From Salpingoeca rosetta (lineage: Eukaryota > Protista > Choanoflagellata): a stretch of DNA of 64,000 nucleotides. The notes below the pieces were generated by a model that was not told where the DNA came from, did not search any database, and was given only the letters and a program-made list of their open reading frames with translations. Positions 48,257 through 63,200 of this stretch are shown one piece after another; within the stretch, counting starts at the first letter, position 1, and every line of letters begins with the position of its first letter. Location: positions 412,728 through 476,727 of the forward strand of contig JAWQFM010000027.1 of the NCBI GenBank assembly GCA_033442325.1, read 5' to 3'. The translations under genes were made by a program, and so were the position numbers.

Positions 48257-49223
48257 CACATATACACACACGCACATGCGCATTTTCGTGCGTTGGTTGG
48301 TTTCGCTGTTTTGCTCACCTCCATCGTGCCTGTTGTGTATGTGCATGCAGGATGGTGCCTTTGATGGAGAGGATTGCGTGGATGATCCGCAACAAGGTAC
48401 CGTTGCCATGGTGATGCTTCAACTGGTATCACCATCCGCCATTAACTCGACGCAATGACACACACACACACACAGACCCACATACTCACACGCATGCGTG
48501 ATCACGCTCACGTTCAACACATCCTCATGTTGTTGTCGTCTGCGTTCCTACCCACCGTATGTTCGCAGGTGTCACGACTTGTTGTGCCGAAGGTGCTGCT
48601 GCGCCAGAACACGCCCCAGCAGGCCATGGACCTGTGCGCATCTGCTCGCAAGTTCCTGCACGCGTGGGAAGACAACTACCTGCAGGTATGAGCAGGGGCA
48701 CCATGCATGCGTTTATTTTTATTTTATTTTTTGCTTTTCTTTGTGTGTGTGTGTGTGTAAGTGTGGTGTGCGTGGTTTGTAAGCTGTGATAGGACTCTGA
48801 CTTTGTGCACACGTTCTCTGTTCAACCACACACGCATGCACGCATGCACGCATGCACGCACACACGTACTCACACGCACACACGTACTCATACACACACA
48901 CTTGCGACATGACCCGCTGTGTCATTGCAGGTCCGCGAGAAGATTGAGACGCACGGGCGGGACGCGCGCTGGGAGTTTGAGCGCTCGCGGCTGTTTGGAG
49001 CGACAAACTACATGGCGGACATCTGCGACGACCTGTACAACATTGGCAAGGTGCTGCAGGAGTTTTACAACATCTTTGGGCAGGAGCTCAAGTCTGTCAC
49101 GGGCAACCCGCAACTGATTGAGGACGTGGTGAAGCGTGTGGGCAGCATGGTGGACTTTCTGTACACGCTCCCCTTTGACGCGTTCGATCAGGTGCGACCA
49201 TGACGTGTGCCTGGTTGCGTGTG

Positions 49224-49255
<32 letters not shown>

Positions 49256-52200
49256 TGTGTGTGCGTATATGTGTGTGTGTTGTGTGCGTGTGCGTGTGTG
49301 TGTGTGTGTTGTGTATCTGCGTACTGAAGCACTCGATGTCAGCCACCTGCTTCGCCACATGCATCTCACACATGGCCCAACCGACCCACCACAACAATTG
49401 CAGGAGCATGCTGAGGACTGGAAGCAGTGCATGGACTCGTTCAACGAGGAAGTGAAGACGATTGAGAGCGAAGCTGTGTACTTTATCGATACGTCGTTCC
49501 GCACACTCCGCAGCGCAGAGGTGCGGCAGCGTTCGTGTTCATTTGGTGCTTGTGTGCATGTGTTTGTTGACTGGCTTGTGTGTGTGTGTGTGTGTTTTGT
49601 GTGTGCGTGCGTTTGTGTAGCATTCGACTAGCTGCTTTCCTGTGCTCCCCCACTCATTTCATGCCACCCACTGCCACCCCCATTGTTGTTTCTTCTCTCT
49701 CTCTCTGCTTCTTTTCCTTTTCAACCACCACCAGGGAGCGTTTGACATGCTGCAGAACTTCCAGCACATTCGCTCGCGGGACACTATCAACACCCAGCTC
49801 GCACAAAAGTACAACGACGTCCTCAACAAGTTCTGCCAGGAGGTACGCGCCCACACATGCACACCACTCCTTGCCACTGAGGGCTGTTCATGCTTCTCGC
49901 GTGATTCCACTCTTCAAACACACACACACACACACACGCACACACACACACACACGGACATGCACGCAAAAGCAGCGCACGTTTCACCGAGACACACTAC
50001 AGCCAGCACACGTTTCACCGAGACACACTACAGCCAGCACACGTTTCACCGAGACACACTACAGCCAGCACAGCATCCTCACTCATCACGGGCCCTCAAC
50101 TTGACCTGCTCACTGCTGCGCCCCTCGTCACCTTCCCCAACACATCTGTTGCACTGCAGGTGACGGAGGTTGAGACGATGTTTGACAAGCACAAGGACAA
50201 CCCACCGCGTGCGCTGAACTTGCCGCCCGTGGCGGGTGCCATCAAGTGGGCGCGCTCTCTCTTTGAGCGCATCAAGGCCACCGTGCTCAAGTTCCAGACA
50301 CGCAAGGGCATGCTGGAGTCTGAGACGGGCAAGAAGACGGCGGAGCTGTACCTGACTGTGGCCAAGCGCATCCGCGCGTACGAGAAGACGCTGCACAAGA
50401 CGTGGTTCAACGAGACGGAGGAGATGCTGCCAGCCCTGCTGCGCCAGCACGTGCTGTCGCTGGACACGGCGCGCATGGCGCAACTGCGCGCTGAAGCGGA
50501 GGCAGAGGAGCTGCGAGCAGCACAGGCCGCTGCCGACAATGGCGACGGTGACGGTGGTGATGGTGATGGTGATGGTGATGGTGCAAACGCGAACGAGGAC
50601 CGCAACAGCACGGCAAACAAGCGCAACAGCATCATCAACAACAAGCGGGGCAGCATGATGAACAGCAAGAAGCAGAGCAGCAACAGCAGCACGGCACTTG
50701 CAAGCCGCACGGCAAGCATGCACCGCCTCAAGGCCAAAGGCGGCAGCCAGCACAGTCTGGTGAGCGGCCTGAGTGCGCAGCAGTCCGTGCACGTGGTTGA
50801 TTCTGACGGCAACACGCTTGAGAGCGGATCGTTTGACCGTTTCACCCGCCTGAAGGTGAACTACGCACCACAGCTTCGCGAGCTCATCAGCGAGGCCAAG
50901 CAGATTGATATTCTGCAGTTGGACGTGCCGGAGCTCGCTGTGAACATCACCCTGCAAGAGCAGAAGCACATCAGCTTCATTGACAGCCTCAATGGCGCGC
51001 TGAGCAGGCTGCACGAGATGCTTGCGTCGCTCACGCCGGCGACAGAGTCGCTGCTGCTTGACCACCTGACCAACCTGGCCGTGGTGGTGATGCCTGGCCT
51101 GCATCGCCTCAACTGGAACTCGCTCGGTATCTCTGACTATGCCGACCGCTGCCAACAGGCCATCAGCACCTTTGAGGCCATTCTCCTTCCCATTGAGGTG
51201 TGTGTGTGTGTGTGCATGTGTGTGCATGTGTGTGCATGTGTGTGCATGTGTGCTTTGTGGTGTGCATGTTTATGCATGTGTGCACGTGTGTGTGTGTGCA
51301 TGTGCTGAGTGCATCTCTGTGTATGTGGATGGGCTTTGCTTCGAAACGTTTCTGCATGAACACTTCTCTCCACCCCTCCATCGTCCATCCCTCCAGCTAA
51401 GATGCTTCACACATGCTTCACGCGCTGCCCCCCCCCTCCTTGCACAGAAAAATGAGCGCGACATCAACGAGATTCTGTACTCGTTCGAGACTGCGCGGCT
51501 GTTCCGCAAGTACGGCATGTTCCCGGCAAAGGTGCGGGCGCTTGGGCGAACGCAGCGGGAGTCTGGCACCGCTGAGGACGCAGAGGGCGACGACAAGGAC
51601 GAGAATGGTGGCAGCAACACCGACGCAGAGACAGACACGGAGGGCGAGGCCAGCCCAACCCCGTCCACCATGTCCTCCACAGCAGACGCCGTGCCAGGTA
51701 TGTTGTGTGTGCTGTGTGTGTGTGTGTTGTGTGTATGTGTGTGCTGTGTGTGCGTGTTGTGTGTGTGTGTGTGCTGTGTGTGCGTGCTGTGTGTACGTGC
51801 TGTGTGTGTGTGTGTGTGTGTGTGTGCGCATGCTAGCTTATGTGCGTGTGCATGTGTGTTCGTATTTAGTGTGCATTTTGTTGCGCTGAAGGTTGAATGT
51901 TCTGAGCAAGGTGTTGGTGTACATATTTTCACACACTCCCACATACCTTCCCCGCTCAGGCGGCCTGTCATGCCACATCCTCCTCCACATCTCGCCAACC
52001 TACCACCATTCTCATATTCTCCCCTGCCCTCCCCTCCTCCTCTGTCTCAACACCCAACAGAGGTGAAGGAGTATGTTGCCTCTGTTGAGCGGTTCCGCGC
52101 CGTGACCATGGAGCGCCTGGTCATGCAATACAAGTCCATTGGACCACTCCTCACCAAGGTGGCCGTGCTTGTGGGTGCCGACTCAGCACACCGCCTGCCC

Positions 52201-53476
52201 GGCTACTACGCCACGTGGGAGCGTCGCATCTTCACTGCGCTCGTGGACATGGTGCTCAACAACCTGCGCACAGCCGTGCACCTCATGACCAAGTCGCCCA
52301 CGCCGCTGTTCCGTGTGGACGTGCGTTTGTCTGCGCCCGAGCTTGTGCTGGTGCCGTCAGCCGGCGAGCTGTACCGCATGCTGCGTCGCATGTTCCGCAG
52401 CCTGCTCGACAGCTTGAAGGGCTTCCTTCGCTGGCAGCACGGCACGTGCCAGCTCACCACGGAGCTGGTTGTGGAGGGCGAGGACACACCCATCATCTTC
52501 TCGTTCTTCGACGACGTCAACGCGCACCCGTCCGTGCTGGAGCAGATGGCGGAGGTAGACACGACCATCAAGACCATGTTCGACTCCATTGCAGGCTACC
52601 TCAGCCGCTGGAAGCGCTACTCTGCGCTGTGGAAGCTGGACAAGCACGGCAGCGTGGCCAAGTTTGCTGCGAAAAACCCGTCAAGCGCGCTTTACGACAC
52701 GAAGCTTGGCTTCTACACGCGCCTCTCGGACGAGGTGATGCAGCACAAGTCGACCCGCCGCATCATGTTTGTGGAGCTGTTCCTGCCGCCGCTCATGGAG
52801 ACAGTGTGCGACGGTGCGCTGTCGTGGGTGTCGTCGCTCGGCAACGCGCTCGCAACAAGCACGCAGGAGCGCGGGGAAGAGTTGCTTGCACGCATGAACA
52901 CGTGGTCCGAGGGCCTCAAGGCGGAGCCGTCCGATTTGGAGGCGCTGAAACGCATTCTGCGCACCATGGGCGAGATTCGTGATGAGTCACTGGCCATCCA
53001 GCTGCAGATTGACGACCTGTCTGAGTGCCTGCGCACGCTGGACAAGTACGAGGCCGTCAGTGTTGACGAGGACCTTAGCTCGCTGATTGAAAGCCTTCCC
53101 GGCGTTTGGGAGCGCCTTGTTGCGGATGCGGAGGAGGTGGACGATAACCTGATTGCTGTCAAGTTCAAGTTCAGCCGCATCACCACGTCGCAGGTCAAGG
53201 ACTTTGTCAAGGAGACGGAGCAGCTGGCGGACACCTTCTTCATGCAAGGCCCAGCAGCGTACGTACCCTTGCCTGTTGTGTGTGCGTGTGTGTATGCACA
53301 TGTTTCTGTGTGTGTGTGTGTGTGGTGGTGGTATAAACTCATGCTCCTGTTTGCTTTCTTGTATTTTCGTTTGATGTACATGTGCAAAGGCCTGCCTACA
53401 TGTGTCTTGTTAACTGCAATGGCACGGCTTGACCTGCACAGCCACGCACACAGATAGACAGACAGACACACAGCCA

Positions 53477-53536
<60 letters not shown>

Positions 53537-55390
53537 CTCACGCACACACACACACACTCACACACGCTCACACACACGCTCACACACACACACACACACA
53601 CGCTCACACTCCAACACCCCCCCCCCGTTTTGTGTCGCCGTCTGCTGCCATGCCGCTGCAGTGTTGGCGAGGACATGGACAAAGGCCTGGAGCTGATGGA
53701 GGAGTACAAGGAGAAGCTGGCTGCATTTGACGAGCGGCGCGCGGGCCTCTCTGATGCGCAGGTGCTGTTTGGCCTCAAGGCGCAGCCATACGAGCAACTC
53801 AACGAGATGAAGCGACAGATGGAGGTGCTTGAGGTCATCTACTCTGTGTATGAGGAGCAGAAGCAGGCACGCGACGAGTGGGCGCAGACGCTGTGGTCGG
53901 ACCTGCACATGGATGTGCTCGAGCAAGGCATTGACGGCTTTGCCACGCGCGTACGCCGCATGCCTGACCACGTGAAGGAGCACCCGCTGTGGCAGGTGCT
54001 CAACAAGCGCATTCGCGAGTTTAAGGACACGCTGCCCTTGCTGACGGACCTCAAGTCTGAGGCGCTTCGTGACCGTCACTGGAAGCAGCTCATGGAGGAG
54101 ACGAAAATCAAGTTTGACATGAATCCAAACACGTTTACGCTGGCGAAGCTGTTTGAGATGGAGCTGCACCGCTTTGAGGATCTGATTGGCGACATCACGA
54201 CAGCGGCCATGAAGGAGCTCAACATTGAGAAGGGTCTCAACGAGGTGAAGGAGACGTGGCGCAAGACGGAGTTCAACTTCGTCAAGTACGTGCAGGGCGA
54301 GCAGGAGCGCGGGATTGTGCTTGGCGCCACGGATGACATCATCCAGCTGCTGGACGACAACGCCATGAACCTTCAGACGGTCGCAGCCTCGCAGTTTGTT
54401 GGGCCCTTCCGCGAGGAGGTAACGCGGTGGGAGAAGAACCTGTCCCTGGTTGGAGAGGTGATTGACGTGTGGATTGTGGTGCAGCGCAAGTGGATGTACC
54501 TTGAAGGCATCTTCAAGGCCGGTGACATTCGCCAGCAGCTGCCTGCAGAGGCGACACGCTTTGATGGCATTGACAAGGCGTTTAAGAAGATTATGGCTGA
54601 CGCTTCTCAGCGCAAGAACGTCGTCCAGACTTGCACTACGTAAGAGAGACAGAGAGAGAGAGAGTCTGTGTGTGTGTGGTTGTTGTTGTTGTGTTGTCTT
54701 TGTGTGCATGATGGGTGCTGTCTTAAAACAGCGCAGTTTTCGCTCACATCATGTGCACACACACACACACACACACACGCACGCACCATCTGCAGGGACA
54801 ACAAGCTTGAGACGCTGCAGCGGCTGCAGAGTGAGCTGGACGCGTGCCAAAAGTCGTTGAACGACTACTTGGATGCAAAGCGAAACGCGTTCCCGCGCTT
54901 CTTCTTCATCTCTGACGACGAGCTGCTGTCAATCCTCGGCTCGCACGAGTGCACGTGCGTGCAGGAGCACATGATCAAGATGTTTGACAACATCTCCCAG
55001 CTCAAGTTCAGCAAGACGACAGCCAAGGGCATGATCTCTGCCGAGGGGGAGGAGATGCTGTTCAAGACGCCCGTGACGGCTGAGGGCCGCGTGGAGGAGT
55101 GGATGACAGCGGTGCTGCAGGAGATGCGGGCGACGAACCGGCTCATCACGAAGGAGGCCGTGTTCCGCTACGGCTCTGACGGCCTCAAGCGCACTGAGTG
55201 GATCACACAGTACCAGGGCATGGTCGCCCTCGCTGGCTCTCAGGTAACAACGGAGGGACTTTTGTTTGTTGTAGGGAGGGAGGTAGCTGTGTGCTGACGT
55301 TGTGCCTGCCTGTAGTGTGCTTGTGGTTATTCAAACTTGCTCGCCCTGGTTCGTCTGTGCTTTCCGCCCCTCACCATCAACATCACACAC

Positions 55391-55468
<78 letters not shown>

Positions 55469-57201
55469 TGCTGTCAGGTGTGGTGGACGTGGGAGGTTGA
55501 GGATGTGTTCCGAAAGGTGGTGGAGGGCGACAAGAAGGCCATGAAGACGTACAGCAAGCAGCTGAACAAGCAGATTGACGACATGGTGGTGAAGGTCCGG
55601 TCAGACCTCTCCAAGAACGACCGCAAGAAGTTCAACACCATGCTCATCATCGACGTGCACGCGCGCGACATTGTGGACGGGTTTGTGCGTGACTCCATCC
55701 TCGACATTCGCGAGTTTGAGTGGGAGTCGCAACTGCGCTTCTACTGGATGCGTGACGAGGACAATTTGGTGATTCGCCAGTGCACCGGCAACTTCAACTA
55801 CGGCTACGAGTACATGGGCCTCAACGGACGTCTGGTCATCACACCGCTGACAGACCGCATCTACCTCACGCTGACTCAAGCGCTGTCCATGTACTTGGGC
55901 GGTGCGCCTGCCGGCCCGGCTGGTACCGGCAAGACGGAGACTGTGAAGGATCTCGCAAAGGCAATGGGCCTCCTCTGCGTCGTCACAAACTGTACGTGTG
56001 TGTGTGCGTGTGTGTATGTGTGTATGTGTGTGTACGTGTGTGTCATTCGTGCTGCTGTTTGCTTTCGTTTGGCTATTGATTGGGGTGTTGTATTGGACTT
56101 ATGTGCACGCATCGCATTGGCGATCATGAGCGTGTCTTTGCATTTCTCTGTGGTCCATTCATTTCAGTTGCTCATTTCTCGTGCTGTGGCGCTCTTTGTC
56201 CCACCCACAAACACACACCACACTTCCAGGTGGTGAGGGTATGGACTACAAGGCCGTGGGCAAGATCTTCTCTGGCCTGTCGCAGTGCGGTGCGTGGGGC
56301 TGCTTCGACGAGTTCAACCGCATCGACGTGTCTGTCCTCTCCGTCATCTCAACACAGCTCCAGACCATCAAGAACGCCCTCGTCATGAACCTCGAACGGT
56401 GCGCGCTTGTGTATTGTGTGTGTGTGTGTGTGCGTGTGCGTGTGTGTGTGTGTCCGTGTGTGTGTGTGTGTGTCCGTGTGTGTGCGTGTGTGTTTGTGTG
56501 TTCGTGTGTGCATGTGTGCGTGTGTTTTTGTGTCCATGTGTGCGTGCGTGCGTGTGCGTGTGCGTGTGCATGTACAGCTTTTTTCACGTGTTTGTGTGCG
56601 TTGAGTTTGTGTACTACGACCCAAAACCATCACCACCACCACCACCATTTTAAACCCTCCATTCACCCGCCACTGCCACTGCCAACACTGAATGCAGGTT
56701 CCACTTTGAGGGCACCGAGATTGCGCTCGACTCGCGTGTTGGCATCTTCATCACGATGAACCCTGGCTACGCCGGGCGAACGGAGCTGCCAGAGTCCGTC
56801 AAGGCCCTCTTCCGCCCCGTCGTCGTGATTGTGCCCGATTTGCTGCAGATTTGCGAGATTATGCTCTTCTCCGAGGGCTTCCTGGAGGCATCAACGCTGG
56901 CCAAGAAGATGACAGTGCTGTACAAGCTCGCCAAGGAGCAGCTGTCCAAGCAGTACCATTATGACTTCGGTCTGCGTGCGCTCAAGTCTGTGCTGGTGAT
57001 GGCTGGCCAGCTGAAGCGTGGCTCCCCCGACCTCGACGAGGATGTGGTGCTGATGCGCGCCCTTCGCGACATGAACCTGCCCAAGTTTGTCTTTGAGGAC
57101 GTGCCTCTCTTCCTCGGTGGGTGGAATCAAATACGAAGGGAGAGGGAGAGAGAGAGTGTGTGTGTGAGAGAGTGTGTGTGCTCTGTATGTTTATGTCTGT
57201 G

Positions 57202-57264
<63 letters not shown>

Positions 57265-60200
57265 GCTTGGGTGCACAAGCCTGTGTGAGCGTTTGTGTTG
57301 TCGTTACTGCGCGTGTATGTTTGCGAGTGTGTGTGTGATGTTGTTGTTGCTGTACTTGTGTGTCCGTGATATGATTTGCGGTTTCGTGTCACATTTTCTC
57401 ACCATGCAACGCCTAATCTCCATCATACACACACACGCACACGCACACACACAGGCCTCATTGCTGACCTGTTCCCTGGGTTGGACTGCCCGCGCGTGCG
57501 CTACCCGGACTTCAACGACGCCGTAGAGTCAGTTCTCGTCAACAACAAGTACATCTTTGATGAGCACCAGGTGGACAAGGTTGTGCAGCTGTACGAGACC
57601 ATGCTCACGCGCCACACCACCATGGTTGTGGGCAACACTGGCGGTGGCAAGTCTGTTGTCATCAACACGCTCGCTAAAGCGCAGCGCAAGCTCGGCCTCC
57701 CCACAAAACTCTACACTCTCAACGCAAAGGTGTGTGTGTTGTATGTGTGTATGTGTATGTGTACGTGCTTGTGTACGTGTTTGTGTACGTGTGTTTGTGT
57801 ACGTGTTTGTGTACGTGTTTGTGTACGTGTTTGTGTGAATGCGAATGCGAATGCGAATGCGAATGCTTCCCACTTGTTCCCCTTCTGCCTCACTTCCTGT
57901 CCCCTCACCCCCCCCCCCCCCACCCCACCACCACCACCACCACCACCAACTTCAATCAGGCGATCAACATCTCTGAGCTGTATGGTGTGCTTGACCCGAT
58001 CACGCGCGACTGGACAGACGGCCTCCTCTCCCGCATCTTCCGTGAAATCTGCAAACCAACCGACAAGCACGAGAAGCGCTATGTTGTGTTTGACGGCGAC
58101 GTCGACGCGCTGTGGGTCGAGAACATGAACTCAGTCATGGACGACAACAAGGTGCTCACGCTGCCCAATGGTGAGCGCATTCGCCTCGCCTCACACTGCG
58201 CCCTGCTGCTGGAGGTCGCCGACCTGCAGTATGCGTCGCCCGCCACCATCTCCCGCTGCGGTATGGTCTACGTGGACCCCAAGAACCTCGGCTATGACCC
58301 ATACTGGCAGCGCTGGCTCGTCGCGCGCGAGAAGGAATCTGATCGCGAAGTCTTTGCGGAGCTGTACGAGAAGTACGTACACACGTGCATTGCGCGCATT
58401 CTGGACGGCCTGGACGAAGGAAAGCCCGTGGAGCGATTGCGCAACATTGTGCCCCGCACCAACCTCAACATGCTGGAGCAGCTGTGCAAGCTCATTGACG
58501 CGCAGCTGCCCAACGACAGCCCGCACACGGACTACGCCACGCTTGAGGCCGTGTTTGTGTCCTCGCTCGCCTGGTCCATGGGCGGCTGCCTGCTGGAGAA
58601 CGACAGGGTGATTCTCGACAAGCTCATCAAGCGCCTCTCTGGCCTGCCGCTGAGCGCGGGCACGGCTGGCGCGGGGTCCTTGCCCAGCGACCACCCGACG
58701 CTGTTCGAGTACTACTTTGACCTTGAGCAGCGGCGCTGGGTGCCGTGGTCTGACACCGTGCCGGAGTATGTGCACGACCCGCACAAGCCGTTCCACGAGA
58801 TTCTGGTGCCGACGGTGGACACGGTGCGCACGTCCTGGCTGCTCAAGCTCATGACAGACATCCAGAGGCCCGTGCTGCTGGTTGGCGAGACGGGCACGTC
58901 CAAGACGGCGACCACCACCGCCTTCCTCAACTCGCTCGACGCACAGCGCAATCTGGTGCTGAACATGAACTTCAGCAGCCGCACCACGTCCATGGATGTG
59001 CAGCGCAACCTGGAGGCCAACGTGGAGAAGCGCACCAAGGACTCGTACGGCCCCACGCCGGGCAAGCGGCTGCTGGTGTTCATTGACGACATGAACATGC
59101 CGCAGGTGGACACGTACGGGACGCAGCAGCCCATTGCGCTGTTGAAGCTGCTGCTTGAGCGTGGCGGCCTGTACGACCGTGGCAAGGATCTCAACTGGAA
59201 GAACATGCGCGACCTTGGCTACGTTGCCGCCATGGGCAAGCCCGGTGGTGGACGCAACTCCGTGGACCCGCGCTTCCTCACCCTCTTCTGCGTGTTCAAC
59301 ATCACCTTCCCCTCGCAAGAGTCGCTCAACCGCATCTACTCGAGCATTCTTGGCGGGCACCTGCAGGCCTTTGACGCCAGCCTGCACAAGCTCACCGACG
59401 TGGTGACGCAGGCCACCATGACCCTGTACCAGGACGTGGTGTCCGCGCTGCCGCCAACGCCCTCCAAGTTCCACTACATCTTCAACCTGCGCGACCTGAG
59501 CCGCGTGTACGAGGGCCTGTGCCTCACCACGCCAGACCGCTTCACCACGGAGGACCAGTTTGTGCGCGTGTGGCGCAACGAGTGCCTGCGCGTCTTCCAC
59601 GACAGGCTGATCAACAAGGAGGACAAGAAGCAGGTGCAGGCCTTGGTGGAGAAGATTGTGACGTCCCTGTTCTCAAAGTCGAGCACAACGGCAATGCGCG
59701 AGCCCTTGCTGTACGGCGACATGCGCCACGCGCTGGACCCGAGCAAGCCCCGCCTGTACGAGGAGTTTGACAGCTACGAGGAGGCGAAGCAGGTCTTTGA
59801 CAACGTGCTGGTGGAGTACAACGAGACGCACACCAACATGAACCTGGTGCTGTTCGATGACGCGCTGGAGCACTTGATGCGCGTGCACCGCATCCTGCGC
59901 ATGGACCGCGGCCACGCCCTCCTCGTTGGTGTCGGCGGATCTGGGCGCCAGTCCCTCGCGCGCCTGGCCACGTTCGCTGCCGGGTACGAGCTGTTTGAGA
60001 TCACGCTCAGCCGCGGCTACGGCGAGGAGGAGTTTAGGGAGGACCTCAAGTCCCTGTACAACATGGTTGGGATTGAGCGCAAGAAGATGACGTTTCTGTT
60101 CACGGACGCGCACGTTGCGGAGGAAGGCTTCCTCGAGCTCATCAACAACATTCTCACGTCCGGGATGGTGCCCGCGCTGTTTGAGGACGAGGAGAAGGAG

Positions 60201-63200
60201 GGCATCATCGGGCAGGTGCGCGACGACGTGCAGAAGAAGGGGTTGGTCCCCAACAGGGAGACGTGCTGGAACTACTTTGTCAGCCGCTGCGCCGACAACC
60301 TGCACGTGGTGCTGGCCATGTCCCCCGTCGGTGACAAGCTGCGCACGCGCTGCCGCAACTTCCCTGGCCTGGTCAACAGCACGGTGATTGACTGGTTCCT
60401 GCCGTGGCCCACGCAGGCGCTGTACGCGGTTGCCTCGGTGTTCCTGGGCAGCGGGGACGAGGCCAACGAGAAGGCGGCGCTGCTGCCGCAGGAGAACAGG
60501 GAGCAGATTGTGCAGCACTTTGTGCACGTGCACATGAGCGTGACAGAGTACAGCCGCGAGTTTGAGGCGCGCCTGCGCCGCAGCAACTACGTCACGCCCA
60601 AGAACTACCTCGACTTTATCTCGTCGTACCTCAACCTGCTGGACAAGCAGGACAAGTTTGTGCAGTCGCAGTGCGACCGCCTGGACGGCGGCATGTCGAA
60701 GCTGATCCAGGCAGGCAAGGACCTCGACATCATGAACACCAAGCTGGCGGAGCAGGAGATCACGCTCAAGGCGAGCACGGAGGCGTGCGCGAAGCTGCTT
60801 GAGGACATCTCCATTGCACGCGAGGAAGCAACGCGCAAGCAGACGATGGCCGAGGCCAAGGCCAAGGAGATTGAGGTGCAGTCTGCGCAGATCCAGGTGG
60901 AGAAGAAGGAGGCGGAGGATGCGCTTGCCGTTGCGCTGCCCGCGCTGGAGGAAGCCCGAAACGCCCTCAAGGGCCTGGACAAGAACGACGTGACGGAGAT
61001 TCGCTCGTTTGCAAAGCCGCCGGCCGCCGTGCAGACGGTGTGCGAGTGCGTGGTGATTATCAAGGGCGGGAAGGACGTGTCGTGGAAGGCGGCCAAGGGC
61101 ATGATGGCCGACCCCGGGTTCCTGTCCTCACTCATGACGCTGGACGTGGACGGCATCAAGTCGAAGCAGGTCACCGCCGTCAACTCCAGCCTGAAGAAGG
61201 CGGACCTCTCCCTGGACAAGATGAAGGACATCAGCACGGCCGGTGCGGGGCTGCTCAAGTTTGTGCAGGCTGTCATGGGCTACTGCGCCGTGGCCAAGGA
61301 GATCAAGCCCAAGCGCGAGCGCGTGGCGGAGCTTGAGCGCACGTTCCACAAGGCGAAGCGGGACCTTGACCGCATCCAGAAGGAGCTGGCAGCGCTGGAG
61401 GCCGAGCTGGATGAGCTCAAGCGCAAGTACGAGGAGGCGACGAGCGAGAAGATGAAGCTCAAGGAGGAAGCCGAGATTATGCAGCGGCGGCTGGTTGCTG
61501 CAGACAAGCTCATCACGGGCCTGTCCTCGGAGAAGCAACGGTGGAAGGAGGAGCTGGCGGAGCTGCGTGCGAAGCGCGTGCGCCTGCTTGGCGACTGCCT
61601 GCTCGGCTCTGCCTTCCTCTCGTACGCGTGCGCGTTCAACTTTGAGTTCCGCCAGCGCATGCTGTACAGCGACTGGCTGGAGGACCTGAAGAAGCGGCAG
61701 GTGCCTGTGAGTCCGGACTTCAGCCTGCAGGCGCTGCTGACGACGGAGGTTGAGGTTGCACAATGGGGCTCGGAGGGCCTGCCGCCGGACGAGCTGTCCG
61801 TGCAAAACGGCATTTTGACGACGCAGGCCAGCAGCTTCCCGCTGTGCATCGACCCGCAGCAGCAGGCGCTCAAGTGGATTCTGGAGCGGGAGAAGAAGCA
61901 CAACATCAAGGTGTGCACGTTCAACGACCCAGACTTTTTGAAGCAGCTTGAGCTGGCCATCAAGTACGGGTTCCCGTTCCTCTTCCGCGACGTGGACGAG
62001 TACATTGACCCGGTCATCGACAACGTGCTGGAGAAGAACATTCTGGGCACGGCCAAGCGGCGCTACGTTGTGCTCGGCGACAAGGAGGTGGACTACGACC
62101 CCAACTTCCGGCTGTACCTCAACACGAAGATTGCCAACCCGCGCTACCCGCCGTCCGTGTTTGGCAAGGCCAAGGTCATCAACTACACGGTCACACTCAA
62201 GGGCCTGGAGGACCAGCTGCTGAGCGTGATTGTCGGGTTTGAGCGCCGGGAGCTTGAGGAGAAGAGGGCGGAGCTGATTCGGGAGACGTCCGAGAACAAG
62301 ACGCTGCTCAAGGACCTTGAAGACACGCTGCTGCGCGAACTGGCTGCGTCCACGGGCAACATGCTGGACAACGTGGAGCTGATCCAGACCCTGGAGAACA
62401 CCAAGAGCAAAGCGGCGGAGGTGCAGGAGAAGCTTGACCTCGCGTCGACGACGGCACAGGAGATTGATGAGATTCGAGACGGGTACCGGCCCGCAGCCAA
62501 GCGCGGCGCCGTGCTCTTCTTCGTGCTGTCTGAGATGTCTGCCATCAGCTTCATGTACCAGTACTCGCTGGCGTCGTATTTGGAGGTGTTTGACCAGTCG
62601 CTGCGGCGCTCGCTGCCCAGCACCATCCTCTCCAAGCGGCTGCAGAACATCATCGACACGCTCACGCAGAACGTGTACAACTACGCGACGACGGGCCTAT
62701 TTGAGAAGGACAAGCTGCTCTTCTCGTTCCAGATGACGGTGAAGCTGCTGGAGGCGGAGGACAACATGGTGCCCGCTGAGCTCGACTTCTTCGTCAAGGG
62801 CAACAACAGCATTGAGAAGGTGGCGCGGCCAAACCCGCACGAGTGGCTGCCGGACAGCGGGTGGAAGGACATCCAGAAGCTGATTACCGTGGACAAGGAG
62901 GCCTTTGGCAAGCTTGCGGACGACGTGGCGTCGAATGGCGCCGTGTGGGAGGCGTGGTACACGAGCGAGGCGCCCGAGCGTGGGGACCTGCCCATGCGCT
63001 ACAGCGAGAAGCTCACGTCGTTCCAGAAGCTGTGCCTGCTGCGCTGCTTCCGGCTCGACCGCATCTACCGCGCCATCACGGACTTTGTGACGGAGCACAT
63101 GGGCGAGCGCTTTGTGCAGCCGCCCGTTGTGCGCTTTGAGAACGTGCACGAGTCCTCCTCGCCCACGGCGCCGATTGTGTTCATCCTCAGCCCAGGGTCG

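Noticed and set aside
49976-50071. 31-bp repeats (and the 46-bp repeats at 36821) as a possible CRISPR array
   Set aside because: Head-to-tail copies with no unique spacers, intronic, eukaryotic context, no cas genes.
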